This document shows, piece after piece, positions 10,628 to 20,772 of a stretch of 62,080 nt of DNA. Each line of letters opens with the position of its first letter. Position 1 is the first letter of the stretch. A model generated the notes under the pieces. The model searched no databases and was not told the DNA's origin. It was given only the letters and a program-made list of their open reading frames with translations. The stretch comes from Elusimicrobiota bacterium. Lineage in GTDB: Bacteria > Elusimicrobiota > Elusimicrobia > UBA1565 > JACRDR01. Location: NCBI GenBank assembly GCA_041694815.1, contig JBGFSC010000009.1, forward strand, positions 1-62,080, read 5' to 3'. Both the position numbers and the translations under genes were made by a program.

Positions 10628-11401
10628 ATGAAGAAAAACTGGACAGCCGTTCTTCTTTTAACGTTGGCCCCTTGGGCCCGCGCTCAGGATTTCATCCCTA
10701 AATTCGTCTACATCCCGCCCGGAGAGTTCGATATGGGCAGTCTTGATAACGAGCAAGATAGATCCTCAGACGAAACACTGCACCGCGTGCGCATAAGCCA
10801 GGGCTTCGAGATGCAGACTACCGAGGTGACGCAGCTCCAGTATTATCTGATCACCGGCAGCAACCCATCGTGGTTTAAGGACTGCGAAAAATACGGCCCC
10901 AAGCAGGAGCCGATCTGCCCCAATCATTCCGTGGAGCAGGTCTCGTGGGAAGATGCCCAGGCGTTCATCCAACGTCTAAATGAATTGCAAGATAAATGCG
11001 TCTACCGCCTTCCCACTGAGGCGGAATGGGAATATGCGGCAAGGGGAGGGAAGTCGACGAGCTATTCGTTCGGCTCGAATGCCTCCGAATTGGGCGCGCA
11101 TGCCTGGTATTACGACAACTCAAATGGCCGAACTCATGCCGTTGCTTCAAAAAAGTCGAACCCGTTTGGCCTCTATGACATGCATGGCAATGTGTGGGAG
11201 TGGGTGCAGGACTGGTATGGGGATTACCCAAGCGGCAGCGTGACGGATCCTAAGGGCCCGAGTTCAGGCTCGGGCCGCGTCATCCGTGGCGGCTCCTGGT
11301 GCCGCAATGCCAGGAACCTGCGGTCGGCGCACCGCGTCTTCAACGGCCCCGGCGATCGCAACTACGATGTGGGGTTCCGCCTGGCGAGATCATGCCGTTA
11401 G
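10628..11401 (+). CDS. Secreted formylglycine-generating-enzyme-like (FGE-sulfatase/CLec) protein; remote DGR target 1
   Basis: Signal peptide; F.MGS, RLPTEAEWEYAAR, GLYDMHGNVWEW and RVIRGGSW...GFRLA motifs; 3' VR matches the two island targets. Confidence 0.92.
   Translation: MKKNWTAVLLLTLAPWARAQDFIPKFVYIPPGEFDMGSLDNEQDRSSDETLHRVRISQGFEMQTTEVTQLQYYLITGSNPSWFKDCEKYGPKQEPICPNHSVEQVSWEDAQAFIQRLNELQDKCVYRLPTEAEWEYAARGGKSTSYSFGSNASELGAHAWYYDNSNGRTHAVASKKSNPFGLYDMHGNVWEWVQDWYGDYPSGSVTDPKGPSSGSGRVIRGGSWCRNARNLRSAHRVFNGPGDRNYDVGFRLARSCR
11265..11388 (+). repeat. DGR variable region VR1
   Basis: 124-nt ungapped match to 58962..59085 and 60133..60256, differing only at codon positions 1-2. Confidence 0.88.
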
Positions 11402-11458
11402 CGCTTGGACGCTCGGGCCCTTGGCACTTGGTCCGCGGTTTATTTGAAGTAAATTAAG

Positions 11459-11499
11459 GAAGCGAGCCGGACGCGTGCGAAGCCGCGTACGGCGAGCTG
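11459..11499 (+). other. Conserved post-VR hairpin (DGR target-recognition element)
   Basis: GAAGCGAGCCGGACGCGTGCGAAGCCGCGTACGGCGAGCTG is nearly identical to 60319..60360; GC-GAA-GC cap. Confidence 0.75.
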
Positions 11500-11575
11500 G
11501 CCGCTCAGCCTTCTCGTTTTGAAAACGGGCAATGGCTTAACTTTTATTATTGCATCGCCGTATTTCAAGGGGCTA

Positions 11576-13414
11576 CTAACAGCAGCCGCCGGGAAATTGG
11601 AGGGCGAAATTCGCGCCGTCTTCCGGTGGAAGGCGCCCGTCTTGCCAAGAGCGGCGGCAGCGGCGCAGGGCGTCGGCGAGGATGACGATCGCGCAGATCA
11701 TGATGGAGGCCGTCAAGGCCGTGTTGAGCCAGCCGAGCAGGGCGGTCTCGGGGTGCCGCGCCAGGGGAAGGAAATTGTCGCGTATGCTCAGCGTGCCACC
11801 GGCGAGCGTCGTCCCGGTGACAAAGAGAAAGGGGATCCCCGGCACCCACGCGTAACGCTTCTTGCCCGCGTTAATGAGCGCGGTCAGCGCCACGCTCAGG
11901 GCGACCCCGGCCAAAAGCTGGTTGGCGATGCCGAACATCGGCCAGATCGTGGCGATGCTGCCCGTCTTAATCAGCAGAGCCCAGGCGAGCACGACCAGCG
12001 CCGTGGAGCCGACGGCGCCGGGCAGCCAGTCGGGTCTCTGGAAAGGCGCGTAGAATTTGCCCAAGAATTCCTGGAGCAGGAATCGGCCGACCCTGGTTCC
12101 CGTGTCGATCGTGGTGAGGATGAAGAGCGCCTCGAACATGATGGCGAAATGGTACCAGTAGGCCATCCAAGAGCGCATGCCGGGAAGAGCCGAGAAAATC
12201 TGCGCGAACCCCACGGCCAGCGAGACCGCCCCTCCCGGCCGGCCCGCCACCTGCTCGCCCACCTGGCGCGAGAGCTCCTCGAGATGCACGGCCGGAATTC
12301 CCAGCGAGGCGAATTTCTGGGCGGGGACGTTGATGGCGAAGTAGTCCCCGGGCTCCAGCGCGCAGGCCGCGATCAAGGCCACGATGCCCACCAGCCCCTC
12401 GAGCAGCATCGCGCCGTAGCCGATCATGCGCGCGTCGCTTTCCTTGGAGATCATCTTCGGGGTGGTGCCCGAGGCGACGAGGCCGTGGAAACCGGAGATG
12501 GCCCCGCAGGCGATGGTGATGAATACGAATGGAAACAGCTTGCCGGCGATGATGGGCCCGCCGCCGTGGATAAATGGCGTCAGGGCGGGCATGCGTATGT
12601 CGGGCATCACGACGAGGGCGCAGGCGACGAGGGCGAAGATGGTGCCCAGCTTCATGTAGGAGCTCAGGTAATCGCGAGGGCAGAGCAGCATCCACACCGG
12701 AAGCACCGAGGCGACAAATCCGTAGGCCGCCATGGCCCAGGTGATCTGCGAGCGCGAAAGGGTCAAGGCCTCGCCGAGGGCCGTATGCGGCACCTTGGCA
12801 CCCAGGACGACGGCGGCCAGCACCAGGGCGACGCCGACGGCGCTGGCCTCGCCGACCGCCCCGGGGCGCAGGCGGTACATGTAGAGCCCCACGAAGAGGG
12901 CGATGGGGATCGTCGCGCCGATCGTGAAGGTCCCCCACGCACTCTCGAAGAGGGCGTTGACGACGGCTAGCCCAAGCCCTGCCAAGGCAATGACCACGAT
13001 GAAGAGGATGGCCACCGAGGCCACCGCGCCAGCTATGGGGCCGATCTCGCGCCGCGCTACCAAAGCCAAGGATCGCCCGTCATGGCGCAGGGAGAGGCCG
13101 AGCATCAGGAAATCATGGACGGCGCCCGCCAGCACCACGCCGACGAGCAGCCAGAGAAAGCCCGGCAGAAAGCCGAACTGCGCGGCGAGCACGGGCCCGA
13201 TCAGGGGGCCGGCCCCGGAGATGGCCGCGAAGTGATGGCCGAAGAGCACCCAGCGGTTGGTCGGGTGGTAGTTGCTTCCGTCCTTAAGGCGGTGCGCCGG
13301 AGTGAGCCGCGCGTCGTCGAGCGCCAGTATCTTGGCGGCGATGAAAGCGGAATAGTAGCGGTAGGCGATCGCCATGACGCAAAGGGTCCCGACCAAGAAG
13401 GGCGCCGCGTTCAT
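11576..13414 (-). CDS. cstA: Carbon starvation protein A peptide/pyruvate transporter
   Basis: [29 protein letters not shown] and FEALFILTT motifs. Confidence 0.95.
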   Translation of the reverse strand: MNAAPFLVGTLCVMAIAYRYYSAFIAAKILALDDARLTPAHRLKDGSNYHPTNRWVLFGHHFAAISGAGPLIGPVLAAQFGFLPGFLWLLVGVVLAGAVHDFLMLGLSLRHDGRSLALVARREIGPIAGAVASVAILFIVVIALAGLGLAVVNALFESAWGTFTIGATIPIALFVGLYMYRLRPGAVGEASAVGVALVLAAVVLGAKVPHTALGEALTLSRSQITWAMAAYGFVASVLPVWMLLCPRDYLSSYMKLGTIFALVACALVVMPDIRMPALTPFIHGGGPIIAGKLFPFVFITIACGAISGFHGLVASGTTPKMISKESDARMIGYGAMLLEGLVGIVALIAACALEPGDYFAINVPAQKFASLGIPAVHLEELSRQVGEQVAGRPGGAVSLAVGFAQIFSALPGMRSWMAYWYHFAIMFEALFILTTIDTGTRVGRFLLQEFLGKFYAPFQRPDWLPGAVGSTALVVLAWALLIKTGSIATIWPMFGIANQLLAGVALSVALTALINAGKKRYAWVPGIPFLFVTGTTLAGGTLSIRDNFLPLARHPETALLGWLNTALTASIMICAIVILADALRRCRRSWQDGRLPPEDGANFALQFPGGCC

Positions 13415-14946
13415 GCTCCGATCCTCCTCAATTGCTCCAGATAGGCGGCGGCCTCCGGATAATCGGGCCGCACTTGCAGCGTTCGCTCCCAGAAGGCCCT
13501 GGCCTTGGCCGCGTTACCCTTGCGGTAATGGACCAGGCCGAGATTAAAGAGAGCGTGATCATAATTCGGGTTGAGCTCGAGTTCCACCAGAAACTCTCGT
13601 TCGGCCAGGTCCAGGCGGCCCGACGCCAGATGCAGCACCCCCAAATTGTTATGCACCAGGGGTTCTCGGGGATTGAGGGCCAAGGCCTTCGCATACTCGC
13701 TCTCGGCGCGCGCGTGATCCCGGCGGAAATAATGCATCACCCCGAGCTGCTTGTGCGCGAAGGCGGAATGCGGCGAGCAGGCGGCCGCGCTTTCCCAGTA
13801 CGAAAGCCCGTCGCGATAGCGCGCGCTGTTGAGAAAGGCCGCCACGGCGAAGGCCGCGAGTACGAGGCTTAGGGCCCGACGCCCGCCTCCGTCGCGCAGC
13901 AGCCCATTCTCACCCCAGGCGGCAAGCAACCCGAACAGGGGCAGGTAAGCGCGGTATTCGAAGAACACCGGCTCGATGTGGGATCGCGGGTACACGAAGG
14001 AGGGCAGCAGGAACAGCAACCACCAAGACAGCGCCCAAAACGCGAGGCGCGGCCGCCGCGGCGGACGTAGGAGGAAGGCCGTCAGCGTCGCGGCCAAGGC
14101 CGCGGCCCCTCCGAACAGGCGCATGTCCTTCAAAATGGGGTAACTGCAATATCCCGCGGGCCAGCTCATCTTGCCGAGATAGGACAGCGCCGCGGGAAGA
14201 TTGGAGATCATCGATCCGATCGCCGCGCCCGCCGAATACGCCTCGGCGCCGCCCAGGGCCGCGCGCCGCGCGAACGCCCATGCCGCAACGCAGCTCAGCC
14301 AACCCAAAAAGATCCAGGGATGCGGCCGCAGACCCCTGGCCCAAAGATAGAGCAGGCAGGCCACCGGAAGCATCACGGCCAGCTCCTTGGTCAGCAAGGC
14401 GGCCGCCAATAGAAGCAGGTGCAGGCATGCATGCCGCGCCTTTTTGGAATCGACGAAATCCAGGAAGGAGTTGAAGGAGCCCAGCACCCAAACGGCCAGT
14501 AGGGAATCGGTGCGCCCTGGCAGCCAGGAAACGGCCTGCGCGGATATCGGATGCGCGCAGAAAAGAAGGGCCAAGGGTAGGGCGTTTTGGCCGTTTCCTA
14601 GCTTGAACAGAAGCGTGTAGACCATGCAGGAGGAGGCCGCATGGAAAAGAAGATTCATCCCGTGGCTTAAGACAAGATTTCCGTTTCCCAATGCCGCATC
14701 CAGCATCATGGAGGCGATGAGCAGGGGTCGGTAAAAAACGCCTCCAGACTCTAAAAACGAGTTTGCGGAAAATAGCTTGGGCCAATTGGCCCAGTTCCTC
14801 AAAAATTCAAGTTTTTCCAGGAAAAAAACATTGTCATCGAGATAGGTCAACTGAAAGAATAGGCTGCGCCCGTAAAGGATGCCGGTGACGGCCGCGATCC
14901 AGGCATAGTGGGCCAGGTTCACTCCGTTTTCAGGCTGGCGAGGCAT
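13411..14946 (-). CDS. Multi-TM GT-C (TMTC-like) glycosyltransferase with C-terminal TPRs
   Basis: LDD, FYRPL, HP..V.W..GR, KE and EYRAYLP motifs; TPR repeats (HNNLG, LFNLG). Confidence 0.8.
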   Translation of the reverse strand: MPRQPENGVNLAHYAWIAAVTGILYGRSLFFQLTYLDDNVFFLEKLEFLRNWANWPKLFSANSFLESGGVFYRPLLIASMMLDAALGNGNLVLSHGMNLLFHAASSCMVYTLLFKLGNGQNALPLALLFCAHPISAQAVSWLPGRTDSLLAVWVLGSFNSFLDFVDSKKARHACLHLLLLAAALLTKELAVMLPVACLLYLWARGLRPHPWIFLGWLSCVAAWAFARRAALGGAEAYSAGAAIGSMISNLPAALSYLGKMSWPAGYCSYPILKDMRLFGGAAALAATLTAFLLRPPRRPRLAFWALSWWLLFLLPSFVYPRSHIEPVFFEYRAYLPLFGLLAAWGENGLLRDGGGRRALSLVLAAFAVAAFLNSARYRDGLSYWESAAACSPHSAFAHKQLGVMHYFRRDHARAESEYAKALALNPREPLVHNNLGVLHLASGRLDLAEREFLVELELNPNYDHALFNLGLVHYRKGNAAKARAFWERTLQVRPDYPEAAAYLEQLRRIGA

Positions 14947-15033
14947 AATAAATAAACCCTTTAAATTTAAGCATATTTTTCTTGAAAGAAACCTTCCTAT
15001 GTCGAATTCGTCGCGGGTGTTATTCTAATAGCG

Positions 15034-16338
15034 ATGGGAGGGGAAAAGATGATCCAAGCCAGGGTGGGCGTGCAAAGGAATCAGCAGGCGGCGGTGCTGG
15101 GCGTCGGCGGGATGCTGCTGGGAGTGGCCGCGTTGTGGAGCTCCACGCTCGTCGCCGTCCCGGACCCGTCGGTGCTCGCGGTCCATGCGCGTTTTATGCG
15201 CCGCAACTTCGACGCGACGGCCCGCGAGCCCTTGGTCGATTCGGGCCGTTTATTCGAAGCGGCTTCCCGGCCGATGCGAGATTCGGTGTCGGTTTCGGAG
15301 AGCGTTTCAATCACCGAATCTTCTCGACATGGCGGTTTCGAGACCGGATTTCATCGGCCATCCATAAGCAGAGAATATGCTCCTGGGCGCGGAAATGGCT
15401 ATCGCGCTGCCTCGACGGGATTTTCCGGAGGTCGGAACTCGATGCCATCTGGCGCCTCCTCCGCTTCTTTAGGCGAGGCGTCCGCGCCGGCTTTCAGCCG
15501 CTGGCCTGCTGCCGGTTCGCGGTCGCGGAGCGCGGCGGCTCAAGCCGAGCAAAAGTTCCAGCCGTCCGAGCCGGTCGGTGGCTTGCCCGCGGGAGGCGCT
15601 TCGAACTCCGGCTTAAGCGCGAGGGAGCCTGCTCGCTTCAAGCAGGGCCTGGGGGCCGCGCCGATGCTGCATAATAGGCTTTCCGGAGATCTGCCCAAGA
15701 CCATCGCCTCGCAGGGCGGGGCCGCTTACGGCAGCCTTTCCCGATCGGGCGCCGACGCGAGGCCTTCCGCCTCCCAGTCTTTTAACGGCGGCGTTCTCGG
15801 CGGCCGGCGGGTGGAGGCTCAGGGGGAGCAAGAAAGGCAGGAGCCCGCATCGGATGAGTCGACGCCCGCCGTTTCAAAGGCGGTCGAAGCGGCGGCGGGC
15901 TCCGGCTCGGATATCGTCGAGATCGCCATGGACTTCATCAAGCACCCCAACGCGCACAGGAACCCGAATACCGGCGATTACAACTGGGACGGCTGGTGCC
16001 TGGGCTTCGTCAATCAGGTCGTGCTCGACGCCCGCGGTTACCGGGACCCGCAGCTCCGGCAGTCGGATGCCCGCGGCGCCTATTACGCCATGCGCAGCGC
16101 CGGCCGCCTCCAGACCGATATGTCGCGGATGCCGGCCGGGGCCATTGTCTTCTGGCCCTCGGCGGCCAACGGGCTAGGCCATGTCTCGATCTTCACCGGA
16201 CGCCGGGATGGGGACGGCGATCCGATTTACATAACCAGCACCGGACTCAACGGCATTACCGGTATTCGAGTGATGACTCAAAAGGCGCAGGGCGCCGGCG
16301 AGCCGGCCGGCTGGGCTACGGCGATCAATCCCAACTGA
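15034..16338 (+). CDS. Membrane-anchored protein with low-complexity linker and C-terminal CHAP/NlpC-P60-like domain
   Basis: N-terminal TM; WCLGFV ... GAIVFW ... GHVSI Cys-His pattern. Confidence 0.6.
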   Translation: MGGEKMIQARVGVQRNQQAAVLGVGGMLLGVAALWSSTLVAVPDPSVLAVHARFMRRNFDATAREPLVDSGRLFEAASRPMRDSVSVSESVSITESSRHGGFETGFHRPSISREYAPGRGNGYRAASTGFSGGRNSMPSGASSASLGEASAPAFSRWPAAGSRSRSAAAQAEQKFQPSEPVGGLPAGGASNSGLSAREPARFKQGLGAAPMLHNRLSGDLPKTIASQGGAAYGSLSRSGADARPSASQSFNGGVLGGRRVEAQGEQERQEPASDESTPAVSKAVEAAAGSGSDIVEIAMDFIKHPNAHRNPNTGDYNWDGWCLGFVNQVVLDARGYRDPQLRQSDARGAYYAMRSAGRLQTDMSRMPAGAIVFWPSAANGLGHVSIFTGRRDGDGDPIYITSTGLNGITGIRVMTQKAQGAGEPAGWATAINPN

Positions 16339-16406
16339 GGAACGGCGAGTTTTACGCGCCTCGGCGCGTGGCTTGGCGCGTCTGTTGTTAGACGTGGTCT
16401 TCGACG

Positions 16407-17384
16407 CTACCGGACCGCGCAGAGCCCGGCGGCGCTTAAGTCCGGGTGCGTGCCGCCCAGATACCACAGTCCGATCGAGCGCACTCCCTCCTTGCGCAAG
16501 GACTCGATCTTCTCCCGCAGGCTCCTTTCATCCTCGAACCATAACTCGCGGTTGCCGTCGTCGTCGCGGTAGGTGATGAAGGGTGAGGCGAAGCGCGCGT
16601 CCCATCGCGGGAGGGCGCCGGTGCGCAGGAGCGTTTCCCGCACCTCGCGGTAATGCAGGCGCCGCACCCGCCCCCGCAGCGAGGCGCCGGTCTTGTATTC
16701 GGTGCCGGCCAAAGACAGCGCGACACTCAGCCGCTCGGGACCGACGAGGCTTAGGGCCTTGCGCGCGGCGTCCTTGGCGTACTCGAGAGAGGCGCCGGGC
16801 CCGGGGACGAGCGACCATTCGCCGCGCTCGTAATAGCACATCAGCTGCAGACGGTCGGCGCTTTGGGCGAGCTGGGGCCAGTAGCGCTGCGCCTCGCGCC
16901 CCTTGCGGAGGCTGCCCGCCTCCACGTCCACGACGAGGGTCTTGCCCTGTCGGCGCAGCTCGGCGCCCAGGCGCGCGATGAACTCAACGAAGCGCCCCCA
17001 CAAGGGTTCGGGAATCCGTTCGTAGTCAATCTCGAGTCCCGAGAATTCCGGCGCCGAGGCGATGCGTAGGAGCTCCTGGACGTGCCGCTCCATCGCCTCG
17101 GGCTCGCCAAGTATACGGCGCAGCAGCTCCGGGGACTTGAGCGCGGCGGGCTTGCCGGAGCCCGCGACAACGTCGTTGACGACGACTGGCACGATCCGCG
17201 TCGCTTCCGATCGCTCCCGCAGGGCCCTCGCCAAAAGCTCGGGATGGGCGAGCACTACCTCGCCTCGGGGATTAAAGGCGTAGGCGAAGGGGTGCAGCTC
17301 ATCGAAGCAGCGCAGGGCCGGCGCTTCGGGCATGCGGTCCCACGGGACGAGCCAGGCGACTAGCAGAAGTTCCAATGAGTTCAT
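16407..17384 (-). CDS. Glycoside hydrolase family 18 protein
   Basis: FSGLEIDYE catalytic motif; LMCY, LWFED and GLWYLG motifs. Confidence 0.8.
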   Translation of the reverse strand: MNSLELLLVAWLVPWDRMPEAPALRCFDELHPFAYAFNPRGEVVLAHPELLARALRERSEATRIVPVVVNDVVAGSGKPAALKSPELLRRILGEPEAMERHVQELLRIASAPEFSGLEIDYERIPEPLWGRFVEFIARLGAELRRQGKTLVVDVEAGSLRKGREAQRYWPQLAQSADRLQLMCYYERGEWSLVPGPGASLEYAKDAARKALSLVGPERLSVALSLAGTEYKTGASLRGRVRRLHYREVRETLLRTGALPRWDARFASPFITYRDDDGNRELWFEDERSLREKIESLRKEGVRSIGLWYLGGTHPDLSAAGLCAVR

Positions 17385-18433
17385 GATTCCTCCCGAGGGT
17401 GTGTGACTTTCGAGGACATAAGGATCGCGGCGAAACGCAAGGACGGCGCCTCCTCGAGCATCAGCTTGAGCGCCGCCGTGATCGGGACCGCCAACAGCAG
17501 GCCGAGTATGCCCCAGAGCCAGCCCCAGAAGGCCAGGGCGATGATGACCATGATGGGGCTCAAGTCGAGCTGGTGGCCGGTAAAATTCGGCTCGACGCCG
17601 TAGGCGACCGCGAGGTGGCAAACGATCAGGGAGGCGCTCAAAAGCAGCGTGGCGGCAGCGGGCAGTTGGATCGCCGCGAGCGCAATCGGGGGCAGCAGCG
17701 TGATCGCGGATCCGAAATACGGAATAAAATTGCCGATGAAGATCAAAAATCCCCAGAGGGCCGCGAATTCGAGGCTAAACCCCAGCATGAGGGCGATGGA
17801 GGGGACGGCGATGAGCGCGCTCGTGACGCTCTTGACGTAGGTGTAGCGGATGAGGCTGCGCTTGATGCGGGCGCCGACGCGCAGCACCTTGAGCGAGCGC
17901 TCGCGCCCGAAGGCCTCGGCCAGCCGGTCGGGCATGGTGAAGGACTCGGCGAATAGGAAAAGCAGGTAGACGATGATGAGCACGCTCGCCGACATGGATT
18001 CGACGAAGCTGCCCAGCATCCCCGCTAGTGTCTCCAACGATGGGCTCGACTCCGGGCGTCCCGAGAGGACGTTGCCGATGTGGCGCTTGACGGGAGGAAG
18101 GCGCTCGAGCAGCGAGGAGATTCTTTCCTCCGATTTTTCGCGGTAGGTCGGCCAGCGTTCCCGCAGGGGAACAAGTTGGCTGCCCAGTAGCCAGGCGATA
18201 AGCGCCAGGACGGCGCCCACCAAGAGCGGCGGCGCCGAATACGCCAGAGGGCGCGGCACGCGCCGCGCGACGAGATAGTCGAAGACCGGCGCGGTGAGGC
18301 AGTAAAAGCCGAAGGCCACCAGGAAAGGGGCCAAGAGCGCGGCCATTTGCCTGAGGGCGAGGCCGATGATGAGCAAGACCAACAGGCCGGCGGCCGCGTT
18401 GAGCATGTTGGCGTTGAGCTCTCGCCCGTTCAT
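17381..18433 (-). CDS. AI-2E family transporter
   Basis: NFIPYFGS, VEP...LSP and WGWLWGILGLLLAVP motifs. Confidence 0.9.
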   Translation of the reverse strand: MNGRELNANMLNAAAGLLVLLIIGLALRQMAALLAPFLVAFGFYCLTAPVFDYLVARRVPRPLAYSAPPLLVGAVLALIAWLLGSQLVPLRERWPTYREKSEERISSLLERLPPVKRHIGNVLSGRPESSPSLETLAGMLGSFVESMSASVLIIVYLLFLFAESFTMPDRLAEAFGRERSLKVLRVGARIKRSLIRYTYVKSVTSALIAVPSIALMLGFSLEFAALWGFLIFIGNFIPYFGSAITLLPPIALAAIQLPAAATLLLSASLIVCHLAVAYGVEPNFTGHQLDLSPIMVIIALAFWGWLWGILGLLLAVPITAALKLMLEEAPSLRFAAILMSSKVTHPREES

Positions 18434-18529
18434 CTTCCCGCACTATATACGCTGGGCCTCCCGACGCCCATGGCGGCCGGGCAAAGAAAGATTGCTCCCT
18501 CTATGAAGGAACAGCCATAATGTAGGGCG

Positions 18530-19786
18530 GTGAAGCGCTTGGGGGTCGCGATCCGCCTCTTGCCGTTTCTCGCCGCCGCGGCGTCGGCCCAAGACATCCG
18601 GACCCTCTCTTGGGAGGATTGCGTCGCGATCGCCCTGCGGAACAATCCAGAGCTGTTTTCGGCCAAGAACGCGAAGGAATCGAGCCGTTACGCCTATTAC
18701 GGCAGCTTCAACGGCTTCCTGCCGCAGCTGAGCCTGTCGAATTCCGTGACGGACTCCAAGGGCGCCGACCGCTCCTCGCGCTGGCGGGCGGAGGCGGCGG
18801 CGAGCATGAACCTGTGGGACGCCTCGCGCCTGGCCTCCATTCGTTCGGCCTCGGCCCTGGCGGATCAGGCGGAAGCCGGCCTCCGCCAGGCCTCGGCCTC
18901 CCTGCGCTTTACGCTGCGGCAAGCCTTCGTGCAGCTCGTCGTCGCGCAGCGCGGCATCGATGTCTCGAGCTCCATCTTGGAAGTGCGCCGCAAAGGCGCC
19001 GAGCTGGTCACGCTCCGCTATAATTCCGGCCGGGAATCGAAGGGCAATATGCTGCGAGCCAAGGCGCAGCGTTTGGCGGCCCAGGTCGCCATGGCCCAGG
19101 CCGAAAGGGATCTTCGGGCCGCTCAGATGGCGCTCAACCGCGAGCTCGGCTTGGATTCCTTCGGATTGGTGCTAGCCTCCGGCAGCCTGGCCGTCGGCGA
19201 GGTCCCCTCACTTCCCGCCTCCTTCCATCCGTCGTTGTCGCTGCGGCCCGACGTCGCCGCCCAGCAAGCCCTGTTGCGGGCGGCCGAGGCCGCGTTGAGC
19301 CAGGCGCGCAGCCCCTTATGGCCCAGCGTGTCGGCGAGCTATACGCGTTCGACAACGGGTCCGACGGAGTTCCCGAATAATCGCTATAATTGGAGCGCGA
19401 CCGGCCTTTTGAGCTATCCGTTGTTCGGCGGCGGCCTCACCTCGACGTTGTTCAACACCGCTTCCGCCAGGCGCTCGCTCGAGCGAGCGCGGCAGGAGCT
19501 GCGCGCGGCGCGTAACCGGGCCTTGGCGGAGCTCGAATCGAGCTGGGCCTCGTTCGCCGGCGCGGCGCAGCAGGTCGAGGTACAGGAGGCCCTTCTCGAG
19601 GCGGCGCGCCAGCGCAACGACGAGGCGGACATCCGTTACGCGAGCGGGCTCTTGAGTTTCGATAATTGGGAGATCATCGTATCCGATCGCGTCAACATCG
19701 AACGCTCGGCTCTGCAATCGCAGGCCAACGCCGCCGTCGCCGAGGCGGCCTGGCACAGGGCCTTGGGAAGGCCATTGGGGGATTAA
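18530..19786 (+). CDS. TolC family outer-membrane efflux protein
   Basis: Signal peptide; ALRNNPEL, RPDV and PLFGGG motifs; operon context. Confidence 0.88.
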   Translation: MKRLGVAIRLLPFLAAAASAQDIRTLSWEDCVAIALRNNPELFSAKNAKESSRYAYYGSFNGFLPQLSLSNSVTDSKGADRSSRWRAEAAASMNLWDASRLASIRSASALADQAEAGLRQASASLRFTLRQAFVQLVVAQRGIDVSSSILEVRRKGAELVTLRYNSGRESKGNMLRAKAQRLAAQVAMAQAERDLRAAQMALNRELGLDSFGLVLASGSLAVGEVPSLPASFHPSLSLRPDVAAQQALLRAAEAALSQARSPLWPSVSASYTRSTTGPTEFPNNRYNWSATGLLSYPLFGGGLTSTLFNTASARRSLERARQELRAARNRALAELESSWASFAGAAQQVEVQEALLEAARQRNDEADIRYASGLLSFDNWEIIVSDRVNIERSALQSQANAAVAEAAWHRALGRPLGD

Positions 19787-19787
19787 G

Positions 19788-20768
19788 ATGAAGGTCAAAT
19801 GGGCGCTGCTGGCGGCCGCCGCGGCCCTCGTCGCGGCCCTCTGGTGGGGGCGCCAGAAATCGAGGAAGCCGGCCCAAGAAACGAGCTGGGTGGAGGTCGT
19901 CGAGGGTTCCATCGAGGAGACGGTGGAAGCCACCGGGGCGGTCGCACCGCTCAACCGGGTCGAGGTCAAGCCACCCATCTCCGGCCGCATCGAACAGCTG
20001 CTAGCGGAGGAGGGCGAGCGGGTCCGCTCGGGGCAGATCCTCGCCTGGATGAGCTCCAGCGACCGCGCGGCGATCTTGGACGCCGCCCGCGCGCAGGGTC
20101 CCGAGGAGCTCAAGCGCTGGATGGACTCCTACAAGCCGACGCCGATCGTCGCTCCCCTCTCGGGCGTGACGATACTGCGCAACGTGGTCGTGGGCCAGAC
20201 CGTCGACCCCAGCGTCGTGCTCTACGCCATGTCGGACAGCCTCATCGTGCTCGCCCAGGTGGATGAGTCCGACATCGGCCGCATCCGCGACGGCATGTCG
20301 GCCCGCATCGTGCTCGACGCCTACCCGGACCGGCCGGTGGAGGGGCGCGTCTTCGACGTGCTCTACGAGGGAAAGAACGTCTCCAACGTCATCACCTACG
20401 GCGTCAAGGTGCGGCCCAAGGAGGTGCCGTCCTTCTTCCGCTCCCAGATGACCGCCAACGTGAGCTTCATCCAGGCGCGCAAGGAGAAGGCGCTGCTGGT
20501 AAAGGCCGGGGCGGTGCGGGATATCCCGGGAGGGAGCAAGCAGGTCTCGGTCATGGGCCCCGACGGGCGTCCTGTCCCGAAGGCCGTGCGGACTGGCATC
20601 GAGAACGGCGAAAAGGTCGAGATACTCTCGGGCCTTTCCGTGGGGGATAGGGTGCTCCTCACGCAGGCGCGCTACGTGCCGCAGCAGGCCCCCCAAACGA
20701 GCCCACTCACCTTCGGCGGCCGCCGGGGCCAGCCGAGCGAATCGCCCAGGCCGACCCGCAAGAAATAA
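19788..20768 (+). CDS. macA: MacA-like periplasmic adaptor
   Basis: VEATG, ISGRI, VDESDIG and VEILSGL motifs. Confidence 0.82.
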   Translation: MKVKWALLAAAAALVAALWWGRQKSRKPAQETSWVEVVEGSIEETVEATGAVAPLNRVEVKPPISGRIEQLLAEEGERVRSGQILAWMSSSDRAAILDAARAQGPEELKRWMDSYKPTPIVAPLSGVTILRNVVVGQTVDPSVVLYAMSDSLIVLAQVDESDIGRIRDGMSARIVLDAYPDRPVEGRVFDVLYEGKNVSNVITYGVKVRPKEVPSFFRSQMTANVSFIQARKEKALLVKAGAVRDIPGGSKQVSVMGPDGRPVPKAVRTGIENGEKVEILSGLSVGDRVLLTQARYVPQQAPQTSPLTFGGRRGQPSESPRPTRKK

Positions 20769-20772
20769 CGTC

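Noticed and set aside
11265..11388. VR1 as the TR
   Set aside because: It lies in a coding 3' end and has non-A bases where other copies have A (for example CGC vs AAC, TTC vs TAC).
11519..12970. Long antisense/shadow ORFs (also 2230..3210, 26978..27916, 32919..34124 and others)
   Set aside because: They overlap well-supported genes on the other strand or frame, as expected in high-GC DNA.
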